Counted from the first letter of the stretch, positions 1 to 7,843 are shown. The stretch: 60,025 nt of DNA from an uncultured Gammaproteobacteria bacterium (GCA_964639335.1 CAZXCJ010000001.1:1-60025); one strand, 5' to 3'. Made by a program: numbers and translations. The notes: generated by a model from the letters alone, not told the origin.

Positions 1-72
1 ATATTCTAATAAATTTTATCAAATGTCCAAGTAGGACATTTCTATTTCACCTTTAAAAATTACTAAAAATAT

Positions 73-101
73 TTGACACCATAAACAATTAACCATATAA
101 T
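73..101 (+). promoter_or_regulatory. consensus sigma70-type promoter (TTGACA-17-TATAAT)
   Basis: ttgaca at 73-78 and tataat at 96-101 with a 17-nt spacer, about 30 nt upstream of the ATG at 134. Confidence 0.6.
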
Positions 102-133
102 AATTACTACTATTTAAAATTCAATACTAAATT

Positions 134-496
134 ATGAACAAAAAAATATTAAAACAAATAGAAAAAACTTTATTAGAAAAAAAAGAGCAAACTAAAAAAG
201 AATTGGACTCCTTTGCTGAAAAAAATGAAAAGGTAGAAAATGATTACAACGCCAAATTTCCTCAATACGGAGACCATGAAGATGAAAATGCTTCAGAGGT
301 GGCTGATTTTGAAGGTGATTTGTATTTAGAAAAAACTTTAGAAAGGTCTTTAAAAAAAATTGATGAGGCCTTAAAAAAAATTAAGCAAGGAATCTACGGA
401 AAATGCGAAAAATGCGGAAAACCAATACCTGAAAAAAGATGTCTAGCATTTCCTACGGCCTCAAAGTGCATGGATTGTAAAAAGAAATCTTTATAA
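134..496 (+). CDS. DksA/TraR-family C4 zinc-finger protein
   Basis: Coiled-coil N-terminus followed by CEKCGK...CMDCKK, a CxxC-N17-CxxC zinc finger. Confidence 0.7.
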   Translation: MNKKILKQIEKTLLEKKEQTKKELDSFAEKNEKVENDYNAKFPQYGDHEDENASEVADFEGDLYLEKTLERSLKKIDEALKKIKQGIYGKCEKCGKPIPEKRCLAFPTASKCMDCKKKSL

Positions 497-978
497 TGAA
501 AAAAATTTATTACAAATTGATTATTATATTACCTTTATTTATTTTTTTCTTATTAGACAGAATAACAAAATATTTAGCCACAAATAAACTCCCCTCTTCC
601 GGAGTTTATTTATTTAAATATATAAAATTAAAACTAGAAACAAATTTTGGAATTGCTTTTGGCATAAAAATACATCCAATTATTATAATTATTCTAGTAT
701 CTCTAATTATTCTCATACTTGTATATATATTTCTTAAAGGTTTAAAAAAGGGGAAATATTTAAATTCTTTTTTAATAGGTCTTATCATAGCCGGGGCTTT
801 TAGTAATTTGTTTGATAGAATAATTAAAGGAGAGGTGATAGATTTTATTGAAATAGGGTTCTGGCCAAGCTTTAATTTGGCAGATCTTTATATTAGTTCA
901 GCTATCTTACTATATATAATATTTAATTTTAAAAATAAAACCCCGAACCGAAATGGTTCAGGGTTTAAAATAATCTAA
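496..978 (+). CDS. lspA: lipoprotein signal peptidase (signal peptidase II)
   Basis: Four TM segments; NFGIAFG and FNLADLYIS motifs typical of LspA; TAATG overlap with the upstream gene. Confidence 0.85.
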   Translation: MKKIYYKLIIILPLFIFFLLDRITKYLATNKLPSSGVYLFKYIKLKLETNFGIAFGIKIHPIIIIILVSLIILILVYIFLKGLKKGKYLNSFLIGLIIAGAFSNLFDRIIKGEVIDFIEIGFWPSFNLADLYISSAILLYIIFNFKNKTPNRNGSGFKII

Positions 979-987
979 CTGCTCTAA

Positions 988-1971
988 TTATTCTGAATCT
1001 TCATTAAATAAACCTTTTTGCTGAGGACGGTTGTCGTCTTCATCTTTTTTATCCTTAATCTTTTTTTTGCCAGAAAAAAAAGTTGAAAATATCACAATTA
1101 TTACCAGAATGATCAAAAGCCAAATACCTATATTTCTATTTTTCTCTTGCTTGGCTTGAATATCTAAATCTTCCATAATTTCTGCTTTTTCTTCTTCGCC
1201 CAAGGTGGCTGGTTGCAAATTCTCTGTTGTCTCATCTATTTGGGCTATTTCTTCATCTCCGTCAATATTCACTAAAATTCCCTCATCTTCACCTTCTACA
1301 ACTTCTAAATTCTCGTTGCTAGAGCTTTCAAAAATAATAACTTCGCCTTCTGTGTCCTCTTCGCTAACGAAAACCTCTCCTTCTGCTTCTTCTGAAATAG
1401 CACTTATGTTTTGATCTTCTGAATCAGTTTCTGAATCAGTTTCTTCTGAATCTTGATCAACATCCACGACATTTTCATCTACGCTTTCCTCTGCAACTTC
1501 TAAAGATGAAGGGGTAGTTGGCAAATCTAAATTTTCTCTTACGGGGCTTTCAAGAGAAAATACAGCACCCCGAGAAACAAAACTTCTTTGCCATCTAGTT
1601 TCTGTCCAAGCAATAACCTTCCATTGATGTCGGCCCTGGCTTAACCCTTGATCCACTAAAAAATAAAAGTTGCCAGTAGGGCTATCGTCATCCTTAACTA
1701 CAGTAGCTGGTCCATAATACTGATCATCAACATAAATGTCTATTTCCGTATTATTCCAGGTTAGACCAGTTAAATAAAATGGTTCATTAATATTATAAAT
1801 TTCGCTATCTGGTTTAACTAGGGTTGGAATTGGGACATAACACTTACTTAATTTACATTCTTTTTCTAATTCAGCATTATGATCTATTTCTACTTCAGCT
1901 GCGCTTACATTTGCAAAGAACAGAAATGATAGCATTAAAAATGCTATCGTCAAAAATACTTTTTTTGTCAT
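988..1971 (-). CDS. secreted, C-terminally anchored acidic protein of unknown function
   Basis: N-terminal signal peptide, a long D/E/S-rich tract with a TDSETDSE tandem repeat, one C-terminal TM followed by a basic tail. Confidence 0.5.
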   Translation of the reverse strand: MTKKVFLTIAFLMLSFLFFANVSAAEVEIDHNAELEKECKLSKCYVPIPTLVKPDSEIYNINEPFYLTGLTWNNTEIDIYVDDQYYGPATVVKDDDSPTGNFYFLVDQGLSQGRHQWKVIAWTETRWQRSFVSRGAVFSLESPVRENLDLPTTPSSLEVAEESVDENVVDVDQDSEETDSETDSEDQNISAISEEAEGEVFVSEEDTEGEVIIFESSSNENLEVVEGEDEGILVNIDGDEEIAQIDETTENLQPATLGEEEKAEIMEDLDIQAKQEKNRNIGIWLLIILVIIVIFSTFFSGKKKIKDKKDEDDNRPQQKGLFNEDSE

Positions 1972-2029
1972 AGGCGAAATTACTTAATAATTAAATGTAT
2001 TCTTAGCTTATTACTTTTATTTTTTTTGT

Positions 2030-2132
2030 CAACCCCGCACCTTTTCTCTAAAAATAATTACAAAACAATCAATTTTCTATTCTCTTAAAATATCTATATA
2101 GCCCCTATCTTAAATTAAAAAGGTGTCGGGGT
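2030..2132. repeat. long-range inverted arms aaccccgcacctttt / aaaaggtgtcggggt enclosing about 73 nt of AT-rich DNA (copy A)
   Basis: Arms at 2030-2044 and 2118-2132; the same architecture occurs at 26545-26646 with a compensatory change. Confidence 0.5.
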
Positions 2133-2211
2133 CAATATTGACAGAATTTAAATTATTCACTATTCATTCTCACTCTTAATAGTAGGTTGTGGAGACTTGC
2201 CCGCCAATAAG

Positions 2212-2559
2212 CTAATTAAAAAATTTAATATCTGCTTTTTTGTTTTGAATATCTAAAACAATACTAATTATTTCTAATCTATATTCTTGATTAACTTTAT
2301 TTTTTTCTATATATCTATTAATCGCTGCTTTCAAATGTTCTTTTTTATTTTCTGAAATAGCTTCTTCTGGATAGCCAAACTTTAAATTAGTTCTAGTTTT
2401 AACTTCTATAAATCTTAAAATATGATTTTTTTCAGCTAAAATATCAATTTCGCCTTCTCTAAAATAAATATTCTGGTCCAAAATTATATAATCCTTACCC
2501 TTAAGAAACTTAATGGCAATTTGCTGACCTAATTTACCTATTTTTTGATTATGGTTCAT
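2212..2559 (-). CDS. yraN: YraN-family (UPF0102) endonuclease-like protein
   Basis: GEIDILA...FIEVKTR motif pattern of UPF0102/YraN; about 115 aa. Confidence 0.75.
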   Translation of the reverse strand: MNHNQKIGKLGQQIAIKFLKGKDYIILDQNIYFREGEIDILAEKNHILRFIEVKTRTNLKFGYPEEAISENKKEHLKAAINRYIEKNKVNQEYRLEIISIVLDIQNKKADIKFFN

Positions 2560-2590
2560 ATAGTTAGAATTAAGGAGTAAATATTACGAA

Positions 2591-2952
2591 TTACGAATAA
2601 TAAAATTTTGAGCTCTTAATCAATCCAATTAACATTTTGTAAATGTTAATTGATTCTTCAAACATCCTTTTAAATTCATTATCCTTTAGATAATTGAGGT
2701 CTTTAGAAATTAAAATTTGACTTTGTAATTCGGAAACTGATCCTAGACTATTATAATAAAAATTAACCTTTTCTTTATAAAATTTTCTATTAAATCCCTC
2801 TGCGATATTTGAAACTACAGAAATAGAACATCTTCTCATTTGGCTTATTAGGTCAAAAACTTCTTCTTTGGGAAAATTTTTAAAGCTAATCTATGAGATT
2901 GCTGCCAAACCCCTAAATCTCTAAAACTTTTTATCTTATTATTTCCATACAT
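2591..2952 (-). pseudogene. four-helix-bundle (23S rRNA IVS protein / Avd-like) gene, frame-disrupted
   Basis: N-terminal piece MYGNNKIKSFRDLGVWQQSHRLALKIF (2851-2952) stops early. The rest, FKNFPKEEVFDLISQMRRCSISVVSNIAEG..., continues in another frame. Confidence 0.6.
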
Positions 2953-3057
2953 ATTTTTTTCCTTTTCTTAATTCTTATTTAAAAAAACAAAAAACCGCTT
3001 ATTGCGACCCCTTTAGTTATCAAATTGTTATACTTGTCCCTACTCCTTACTCCCCCC

Positions 3058-3111
3058 CCTGCCTTGCCGTAGTTCCCCGCTTTTTTAGAAAAGTGGGTGA
3101 ACGTAGGCAGG
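3058..3111 (+). repeat. GC-rich nested-hairpin module (family member without a tRNA-derived tail)
   Basis: Outer arms cctgcct 3058-3064 / aggcagg 3105-3111, gtag...cgta junction, inner hairpin ccccgctttt..aaaagtggg. A G-U pair is possible only on the plus strand. Confidence 0.45.
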
Positions 3112-3118
3112 TTGTTCC

Positions 3119-3511
3119 TTACTTCAAATACTTCTCATATTCTTTTCTTTTCTTATCTTCAGCTCTTAATTGCGGAACTCTATTCAAATAATATTGTATA
3201 ATGGTAATCAGCCAAATTAATAAAAAGCCCCACCACAATATCAAAACAAATCTAATTTGAAAATAGGGAACTCTAAATTTTCTGAAAAGTATAAGAAATA
3301 AACTAAGCAAACCCCCAATAAACAAAAAATTGGTTAATTTAGTATATAAAACTTTTTGATATTTATCTTTGGCCTTTTTGGAAAAAAAATACTTTAAAAA
3401 AATAGCCATTAAAATAAATGCTAGGGAAATCGCCAAAATAATAAAAAAAGTTCCTGGCTTAATGGCCGGGGGATAAGCGTCAAAAAGATATTGAAAACTT
3501 ATAATAGACAT
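3119..3511 (-). CDS. small integral membrane protein
   Basis: Four predicted TM helices; no recognisable motif. Confidence 0.45.
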   Translation of the reverse strand: MSIISFQYLFDAYPPAIKPGTFFIILAISLAFILMAIFLKYFFSKKAKDKYQKVLYTKLTNFLFIGGLLSLFLILFRKFRVPYFQIRFVLILWWGFLLIWLITIIQYYLNRVPQLRAEDKKRKEYEKYLK

Positions 3512-3512
3512 T

Positions 3513-4070
3513 CTACTTCTTAAAAATTAAACCAAAATGATATTGTCCTGCCTCAAATTCTTCCTCCAATTTTAAACCAAATACTTCACACAATTCTTTT
3601 ATTTTTTCTGGATTAACCCTTTTCTTAATGTCTGGTCCCAAAGGTGCGCCAATATTTTTCCAATCAATAATTAAAAGCTTGCCACCAACTTTAATTAATC
3701 TGATAGCTTCTTTAATCATTTCAGCCATATTAGCAGATTGAAAAAGGACATTATTCAAGATTCCTAAATTTAAAGAGCTTTCGGAAATTTTAGTAACTCC
3801 ATAGATTTCTAAATTACTCCAAATTGTGCGGACATTACTAAGGCCCTGATTTTTAGCATGACTTTCAGCTGAAGATAAAACTTGTTTTTGAACATCAACA
3901 GCATAAACCAAGCCCTTGTCTCCAACTATTCTAGCAGCTTGAAAAGTAAAGTAGGCCTTGGGTCCACAACCTAAATCAGCCACCCTATCTCCGTAGCCTA
4001 AACCAATGTGTTTTTCTAAAATTTGTTTAGGATCCAAAAGTTGATTACCTCCAGCCTGTTTCTTAAACAT
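3513..4070 (-). CDS. class I SAM-dependent methyltransferase
   Basis: VADLGCGPKAYF (motif I) and VYAVD (motif II). Confidence 0.8.
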   Translation of the reverse strand: MFKKQAGGNQLLDPKQILEKHIGLGYGDRVADLGCGPKAYFTFQAARIVGDKGLVYAVDVQKQVLSSAESHAKNQGLSNVRTIWSNLEIYGVTKISESSLNLGILNNVLFQSANMAEMIKEAIRLIKVGGKLLIIDWKNIGAPLGPDIKKRVNPEKIKELCEVFGLKLEEEFEAGQYHFGLIFKK

Positions 4071-4212
4071 ATATTTTTGTACATACTTATTGTATAATAA
4101 ATTACAACAGTAAAATTATTATATAATAAGTCCATCTAATTAAATTATAAGATATTTAATAAAAAATCAAGTATATTTTAATTATATTACCTCTTGATTA
4201 AACAATCAACTT

Positions 4213-4836
4213 ATGAACCTTGGTATTTTAATCATTATTATCAGTTTGTTGTCTTATTTGAGTAATCACATTAATAACAAATATTTAAATCATTTATCTA
4301 TTAAATATTTTTATTATTTAGGAATTATCATTCATGAATCTTCTCATGCTTTAATGTGTTTTTCTACAGGTGCAAAAATTATTAAATTTGAAATATTTTC
4401 CAGACAACCAAAAGTAACTCATTATAAATCAAAAATACCTATCTTGGGACAAACCCTAATATCTTTAGCTCCTCTCATAGGAGGATTTGCATTTCTTTGT
4501 TTAATAAATAATTATGTTTTGAAGGGTTGTATTAATATAAATACTCCGACAAATTTAAAAGAATTATTGGCCCTACCTTTTTCCATATTATCGCAAATAA
4601 ATATTTTGGAATGGAAAAGTTGGATTGTAATAATTCTTTCTTTAAATATTGGGGCTATGCTTGGTCCGTCCTTTCAAGATTTAAAAAACATCTGGTGGGT
4701 CTTTATAATTTTGTTTTTTATTAAGTGGCCATTTTTAATAAATACTGGACTAATCATTATTGCTTTAATAATTACTAATATTATTATTCAAATTTCTTTT
4801 ATATTAATCTCTAAAATCATAAAACCAGCTTCTTGA
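4213..4836 (+). CDS. polytopic membrane protein with HExxH motif (putative zinc metallopeptidase)
   Basis: IIHESSHALM sits within or next to a TM helix; multiple TM segments. Confidence 0.45.
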   Translation: MNLGILIIIISLLSYLSNHINNKYLNHLSIKYFYYLGIIIHESSHALMCFSTGAKIIKFEIFSRQPKVTHYKSKIPILGQTLISLAPLIGGFAFLCLINNYVLKGCININTPTNLKELLALPFSILSQINILEWKSWIVIILSLNIGAMLGPSFQDLKNIWWVFIILFFIKWPFLINTGLIIIALIITNIIIQISFILISKIIKPAS

Positions 4837-4861
4837 AACTGGCTTTATTTATAAATATAAA

Positions 4862-5221
4862 TTAGGACCCTAATTCATGTATAATGTCTTGGACTTTAGT
4901 AATATCCTCTACTTCTAATCCTACGCTTTCTAATTCCGCTTCAGATTTTTGATTAGCTTCCTCTTTTTTTTCATTTAAGGCATTTATTATTAATTCTTTA
5001 ACCATTTTTTCTCTTTCCTTTTCATCTGAAACTCTGGTAAAAAAATTCTGTTTATTTTTTGTGTCATTAAAGATTGTTTCAAAATCTAATTTAAAAAAAT
5101 CATGCAAATTTTCATTTAATTCTTTAATTTTCTTTTTTAAAGTACCTTCAAACTTTTCCAAAACTTCAATACCGCGCTCTTCTTTATTTCCCATATTGTC
5201 TTCTCCAAATTTAATAGCCAT
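4862..5221 (-). CDS. hypothetical acidic coiled-coil protein
   Basis: ORF only; K/E-rich. Confidence 0.35.
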   Translation of the reverse strand: MAIKFGEDNMGNKEERGIEVLEKFEGTLKKKIKELNENLHDFFKLDFETIFNDTKNKQNFFTRVSDEKEREKMVKELIINALNEKKEEANQKSEAELESVGLEVEDITKVQDIIHELGS

Positions 5222-5276
5222 ACTTTTTATAATTAATTATTATATTTTTATATTAGCTTAAAATTTAAAAATAAAA

Positions 5277-6572
5277 CTAGATATTAAATTTTTTTACTTT
5301 TTCCAAAACATCTGATAAGGTCTCTCCGAAAAATATTAAACCATCTTGGTGCCCGCCCATAACTAAAACTCCTTGGTCTCTATTGGCTTTCTTCTGTAAA
5401 ATCTTCTTAATAGAAAAAGCCATTTCCGGGGTCCCATAAGCGGCCATCTGATCAGTAGTAGGAACCTTACCTTTTAATTTCTGCCATAATTTCCGGTTAT
5501 GAATATGAATAACGGCCTTAATAGAAAGACTAGAAACATAAACCGCTAAATGGCTCATGCTCTCTGAAGAAGGCTTGCTTCCCCCAGAATAAACCACTTG
5601 ATTCTGCTTAAAATCCCAATCCAAAATTAAAGAATAATGTTTTGTTTTCAAATTCTTCAAGCCTCCGCTGGCACTGCCGGTGATAATAAATTTATTCTTT
5701 CCATAACGACAGCTAATATTCCCGAAACCGATCCCACTTTTATACATTCCAATCATATTTTTCCCCCAAAAATAATCCCGATATTTATCTAATTCTTTAA
5801 TATCTTTATTTTCTAAAGACTTATATTTTTTTAACCAACAATTAAATTTAATATAACCTTCGTCATTTATTTCTAAAATGTTCAATAAGTCACTGAATTT
5901 GCTAATGGAATAATTAGCCCTTTTTACTTTGGCATTACTAAAATGAATCGAAGTAAATCCCATCCGATTAGCACCAATAACATCCATTTCATAATTATCA
6001 CCAATCACATAAACCTGACAATTTTGACCACACTTAGATTTTTTTAAAGCTAATTTAAAAATTGCTGAAAACGGTTTTTCTCGACCGATCTCCTCCGAAC
6101 AAACTATAAAATCAAAATATTTAGCTATACTTAACTTTTCTAATTTTTTAATTTGGACATAGGTTAACAAATTAGACACTAAACCCATTTTAATTTTGCT
6201 TTCATACAATATCTTTAGGGTCTTTTCAACTGTGGGAAATAATTTTAGATATTTATAAGTTGTTCGCCAATAAATATCAGCTAAATCATCCTGAAGAAAC
6301 TCTGGATCACTAGGAAATTCTATAATCTCTAACATTCTCTGGAAGTATAATAAACGATTATGAGATGAAGCCGTCCCTTTTAAATTTTTATGAACATATT
6401 TTCTAGATTCACCATATAACTCATTAAACTTCTTTCTAGAAAATTTTGGCTTATATTTTTTAAAAAATAAAAAACAAACCTCTTTTGCTTTGGTATAGGC
6501 CTCTGTAGAATTACATAAAGTATCATCCAAATCTACTAATAATAATTTACCCATAAATTTATTATAGCACAA
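5277..6572 (-). CDS. fusion protein: HAD-family hydrolase (N-terminal) plus class II aldolase/adducin-like domain (C-terminal)
   Basis: LLVDLDDTL, GLVSN and IGDNYEMDVIGA are HAD motifs. The C-terminal SESMSHLAVY...VIHIHN pattern matches class II aldolase. The true start may be the Met at 6554. Confidence 0.6.
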   Translation of the reverse strand: MCYNKFMGKLLLVDLDDTLCNSTEAYTKAKEVCFLFFKKYKPKFSRKKFNELYGESRKYVHKNLKGTASSHNRLLYFQRMLEIIEFPSDPEFLQDDLADIYWRTTYKYLKLFPTVEKTLKILYESKIKMGLVSNLLTYVQIKKLEKLSIAKYFDFIVCSEEIGREKPFSAIFKLALKKSKCGQNCQVYVIGDNYEMDVIGANRMGFTSIHFSNAKVKRANYSISKFSDLLNILEINDEGYIKFNCWLKKYKSLENKDIKELDKYRDYFWGKNMIGMYKSGIGFGNISCRYGKNKFIITGSASGGLKNLKTKHYSLILDWDFKQNQVVYSGGSKPSSESMSHLAVYVSSLSIKAVIHIHNRKLWQKLKGKVPTTDQMAAYGTPEMAFSIKKILQKKANRDQGVLVMGGHQDGLIFFGETLSDVLEKVKKFNI

Positions 6573-6638
6573 AACAAAAAATCACTTTTAAATAAGTGAA
6601 TTATTCTAGTCAATATCACCCCTTCCTTTTTTAAAGCT

Positions 6639-6884
6639 TTACTTTTTACTTACTAACTTCTCCTTTCCAATTCTAGACCATTTCTTAATTTGTCTTTCTC
6701 TTCTCATGGCCTCAATTTTAGTTTTAAACTCTTCAAAATATATAATTTTGACAGGTCTTCTTTGCTTAGTATATTTTGCACCTTTTCCTAAATTATGTTT
6801 CTTTTCTCTAGAATCTAAATTTTTACAATACCCTGTATAAAATGAGCTATCCCTGCACTTAGCTATATATGTATAAAATGACAT
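6639..6884 (-). CDS. GIY-YIG nuclease-superfamily protein (YhbQ/UPF0213-like)
   Basis: FYTYIAKC..SFYTGYCKNLDSREKKHNLGKGAKYT...RERQIKKW. Confidence 0.8.
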   Translation of the reverse strand: MSFYTYIAKCRDSSFYTGYCKNLDSREKKHNLGKGAKYTKQRRPVKIIYFEEFKTKIEAMRRERQIKKWSRIGKEKLVSKK

Positions 6885-6904
6885 AAAATATATTTAAAAC
6901 GTTT

Positions 6905-7031
6905 GTCCCTCGACTCCTCATTACATTCGTCGCTCGGGACACTCGATTCGTTTTTAAAAAGAATGGTTGGAATGAAGCGAAGCGAAATGAAAACCACGAG
7001 TGAGTCCCGAATTTATGAGGGACGAATCGAG
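6905..7031 (-). other. GC-rich structured spacer between tRNA-Ala(UGC) and the GIY-YIG gene
   Basis: 11-bp long-range complement (6940-6950 with 7023-7033) and 5-bp stems gtccc/gggac at 6905/6936 and 7004/7019. Confidence 0.4.
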
Positions 7032-7108
7032 TGGTGGACCTGGAGAGACTCGAACTCTCGACCCCCTGCTTGCAAAGCAGGTGCTCTAGCCAACTGAGCT
7101 ACAGGCCC
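7032..7108 (-). tRNA. tRNA-Ala (anticodon UGC), CCA encoded
   Basis: Cloverleaf gggcctg/caggtcc with G3:U70, anticodon loop ttTGCaa, T-loop ttcgagt. Confidence 0.93.
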
Positions 7109-7168
7109 TTATTTTATTATATATTAATCTTATATTATCGAATAACTATTTAAAATCTAATTGTTATT

Positions 7169-7281
7169 TGCGAAGTTGGGAACCAACTGTCGCAGACCCT
7201 GAGCCCGTCGAAGGGTCGAAGATCCTCCGTAGTCCCTCACTTTTTAAAAAAGTGGGGGGCGAAGGGGGAAGCTACAGGCCC
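7169..7281 (+). repeat. GC-rich multi-hairpin element ending in a 12-nt complement of the tRNA-Ala 5' end
   Basis: Hairpins at 7169-7194 and 7195-7218; nested module 7223-7269 (tcctcc-gtag-[hairpin]-cgaa-ggggga); 7270-7281 is identical to 7097-7108. Confidence 0.55.
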
Positions 7282-7401
7282 ATGTAGGAATTTTCAATTA
7301 CCAATTATCAATTTACAATAAATTTTTAATTATTGAATTATTAATTAAGTATGGCCGCGCCACAAACCCGAGTAAGGAGTTTACGACGAGCGAGTGGTTT
7401 A

Positions 7402-7478
7402 TGGTGGGTCCTATAGGATTCGAACCTACGGCCTTCTCGGTGTAAACGAGACGCTCTAACCAACTGAGCCAAGGACCC
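7402..7478 (-). tRNA. tRNA-Val (anticodon UAC), CCA encoded
   Basis: Acceptor gggtcct/aggaccc, anticodon loop ttTACac, T-loop ttcgaat. Confidence 0.92.
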
Positions 7479-7546
7479 GTATGAATGTAAATAACAAATT
7501 ACAAATTTCAAATTACAAATAAAAACTTTTTAAAAAGAACTACTTG

Positions 7547-7597
7547 TCCTCCGTAGCTCCGAATCTTGTGAGGAGCGAAGGAGGAAGCCAAGGACCC
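7547..7597 (+). repeat. nested-hairpin module ending in a 12-nt complement of the tRNA-Val 5' end
   Basis: tcctcc-gtag-gctcc..ggagc-cgaa-ggagga-agc followed by caaggaccc; 7586-7597 is identical to 7467-7478. Confidence 0.55.
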
Positions 7598-7717
7598 AAT
7601 AAATTAATTTTGAATTATCAATTTTTAATTTCAAATAAATTTTTAATGAATTAATCTTTAATTAAAAATTTTGGGATTCAGATTTAAATTAAAATTTAAA
7701 ATTCAAAATTCAACTGC

Positions 7718-7806
7718 TGGTGCCAGAGAGAGGACTTGAACCTCCACGAGAAAAAATTCTCACAGGCCCCTCAAGCCTGAGCGTCTACCAGTTCCGCCAC
7801 TCTGGC
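7718..7806 (-). tRNA. tRNA-Leu (anticodon GAG), long variable arm, CCA encoded
   Basis: Acceptor gccagag/ctctggc, anticodon loop ttGAGgg, type II variable arm, T-loop ttcaagt. Confidence 0.9.
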
Positions 7807-7843
7807 AAAGGTCTACCAGACTGCCCCGCATATGAAGGAAGTA

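Noticed and set aside
1395-1450. Tandem repeat tctgaatcagtt
   Set aside because: It lies inside the acidic protein gene and simply encodes the TDSE TDSE repeat.
6903-7097. 64-aa plus-strand ORF in the track
   Set aside because: It lies on top of tRNA-Ala(UGC) and its structured trailer. Its openness is a by-product of the GC-rich RNA-like sequence.
7811-7819. 9-mer gtctaccag repeating part of the tRNA-Leu D-arm region just upstream of the tRNA
   Set aside because: It is too short to stand alone and no adjoining hairpin module is present. It is mentioned only as a weak echo of the pattern seen at the Ala and Val genes.
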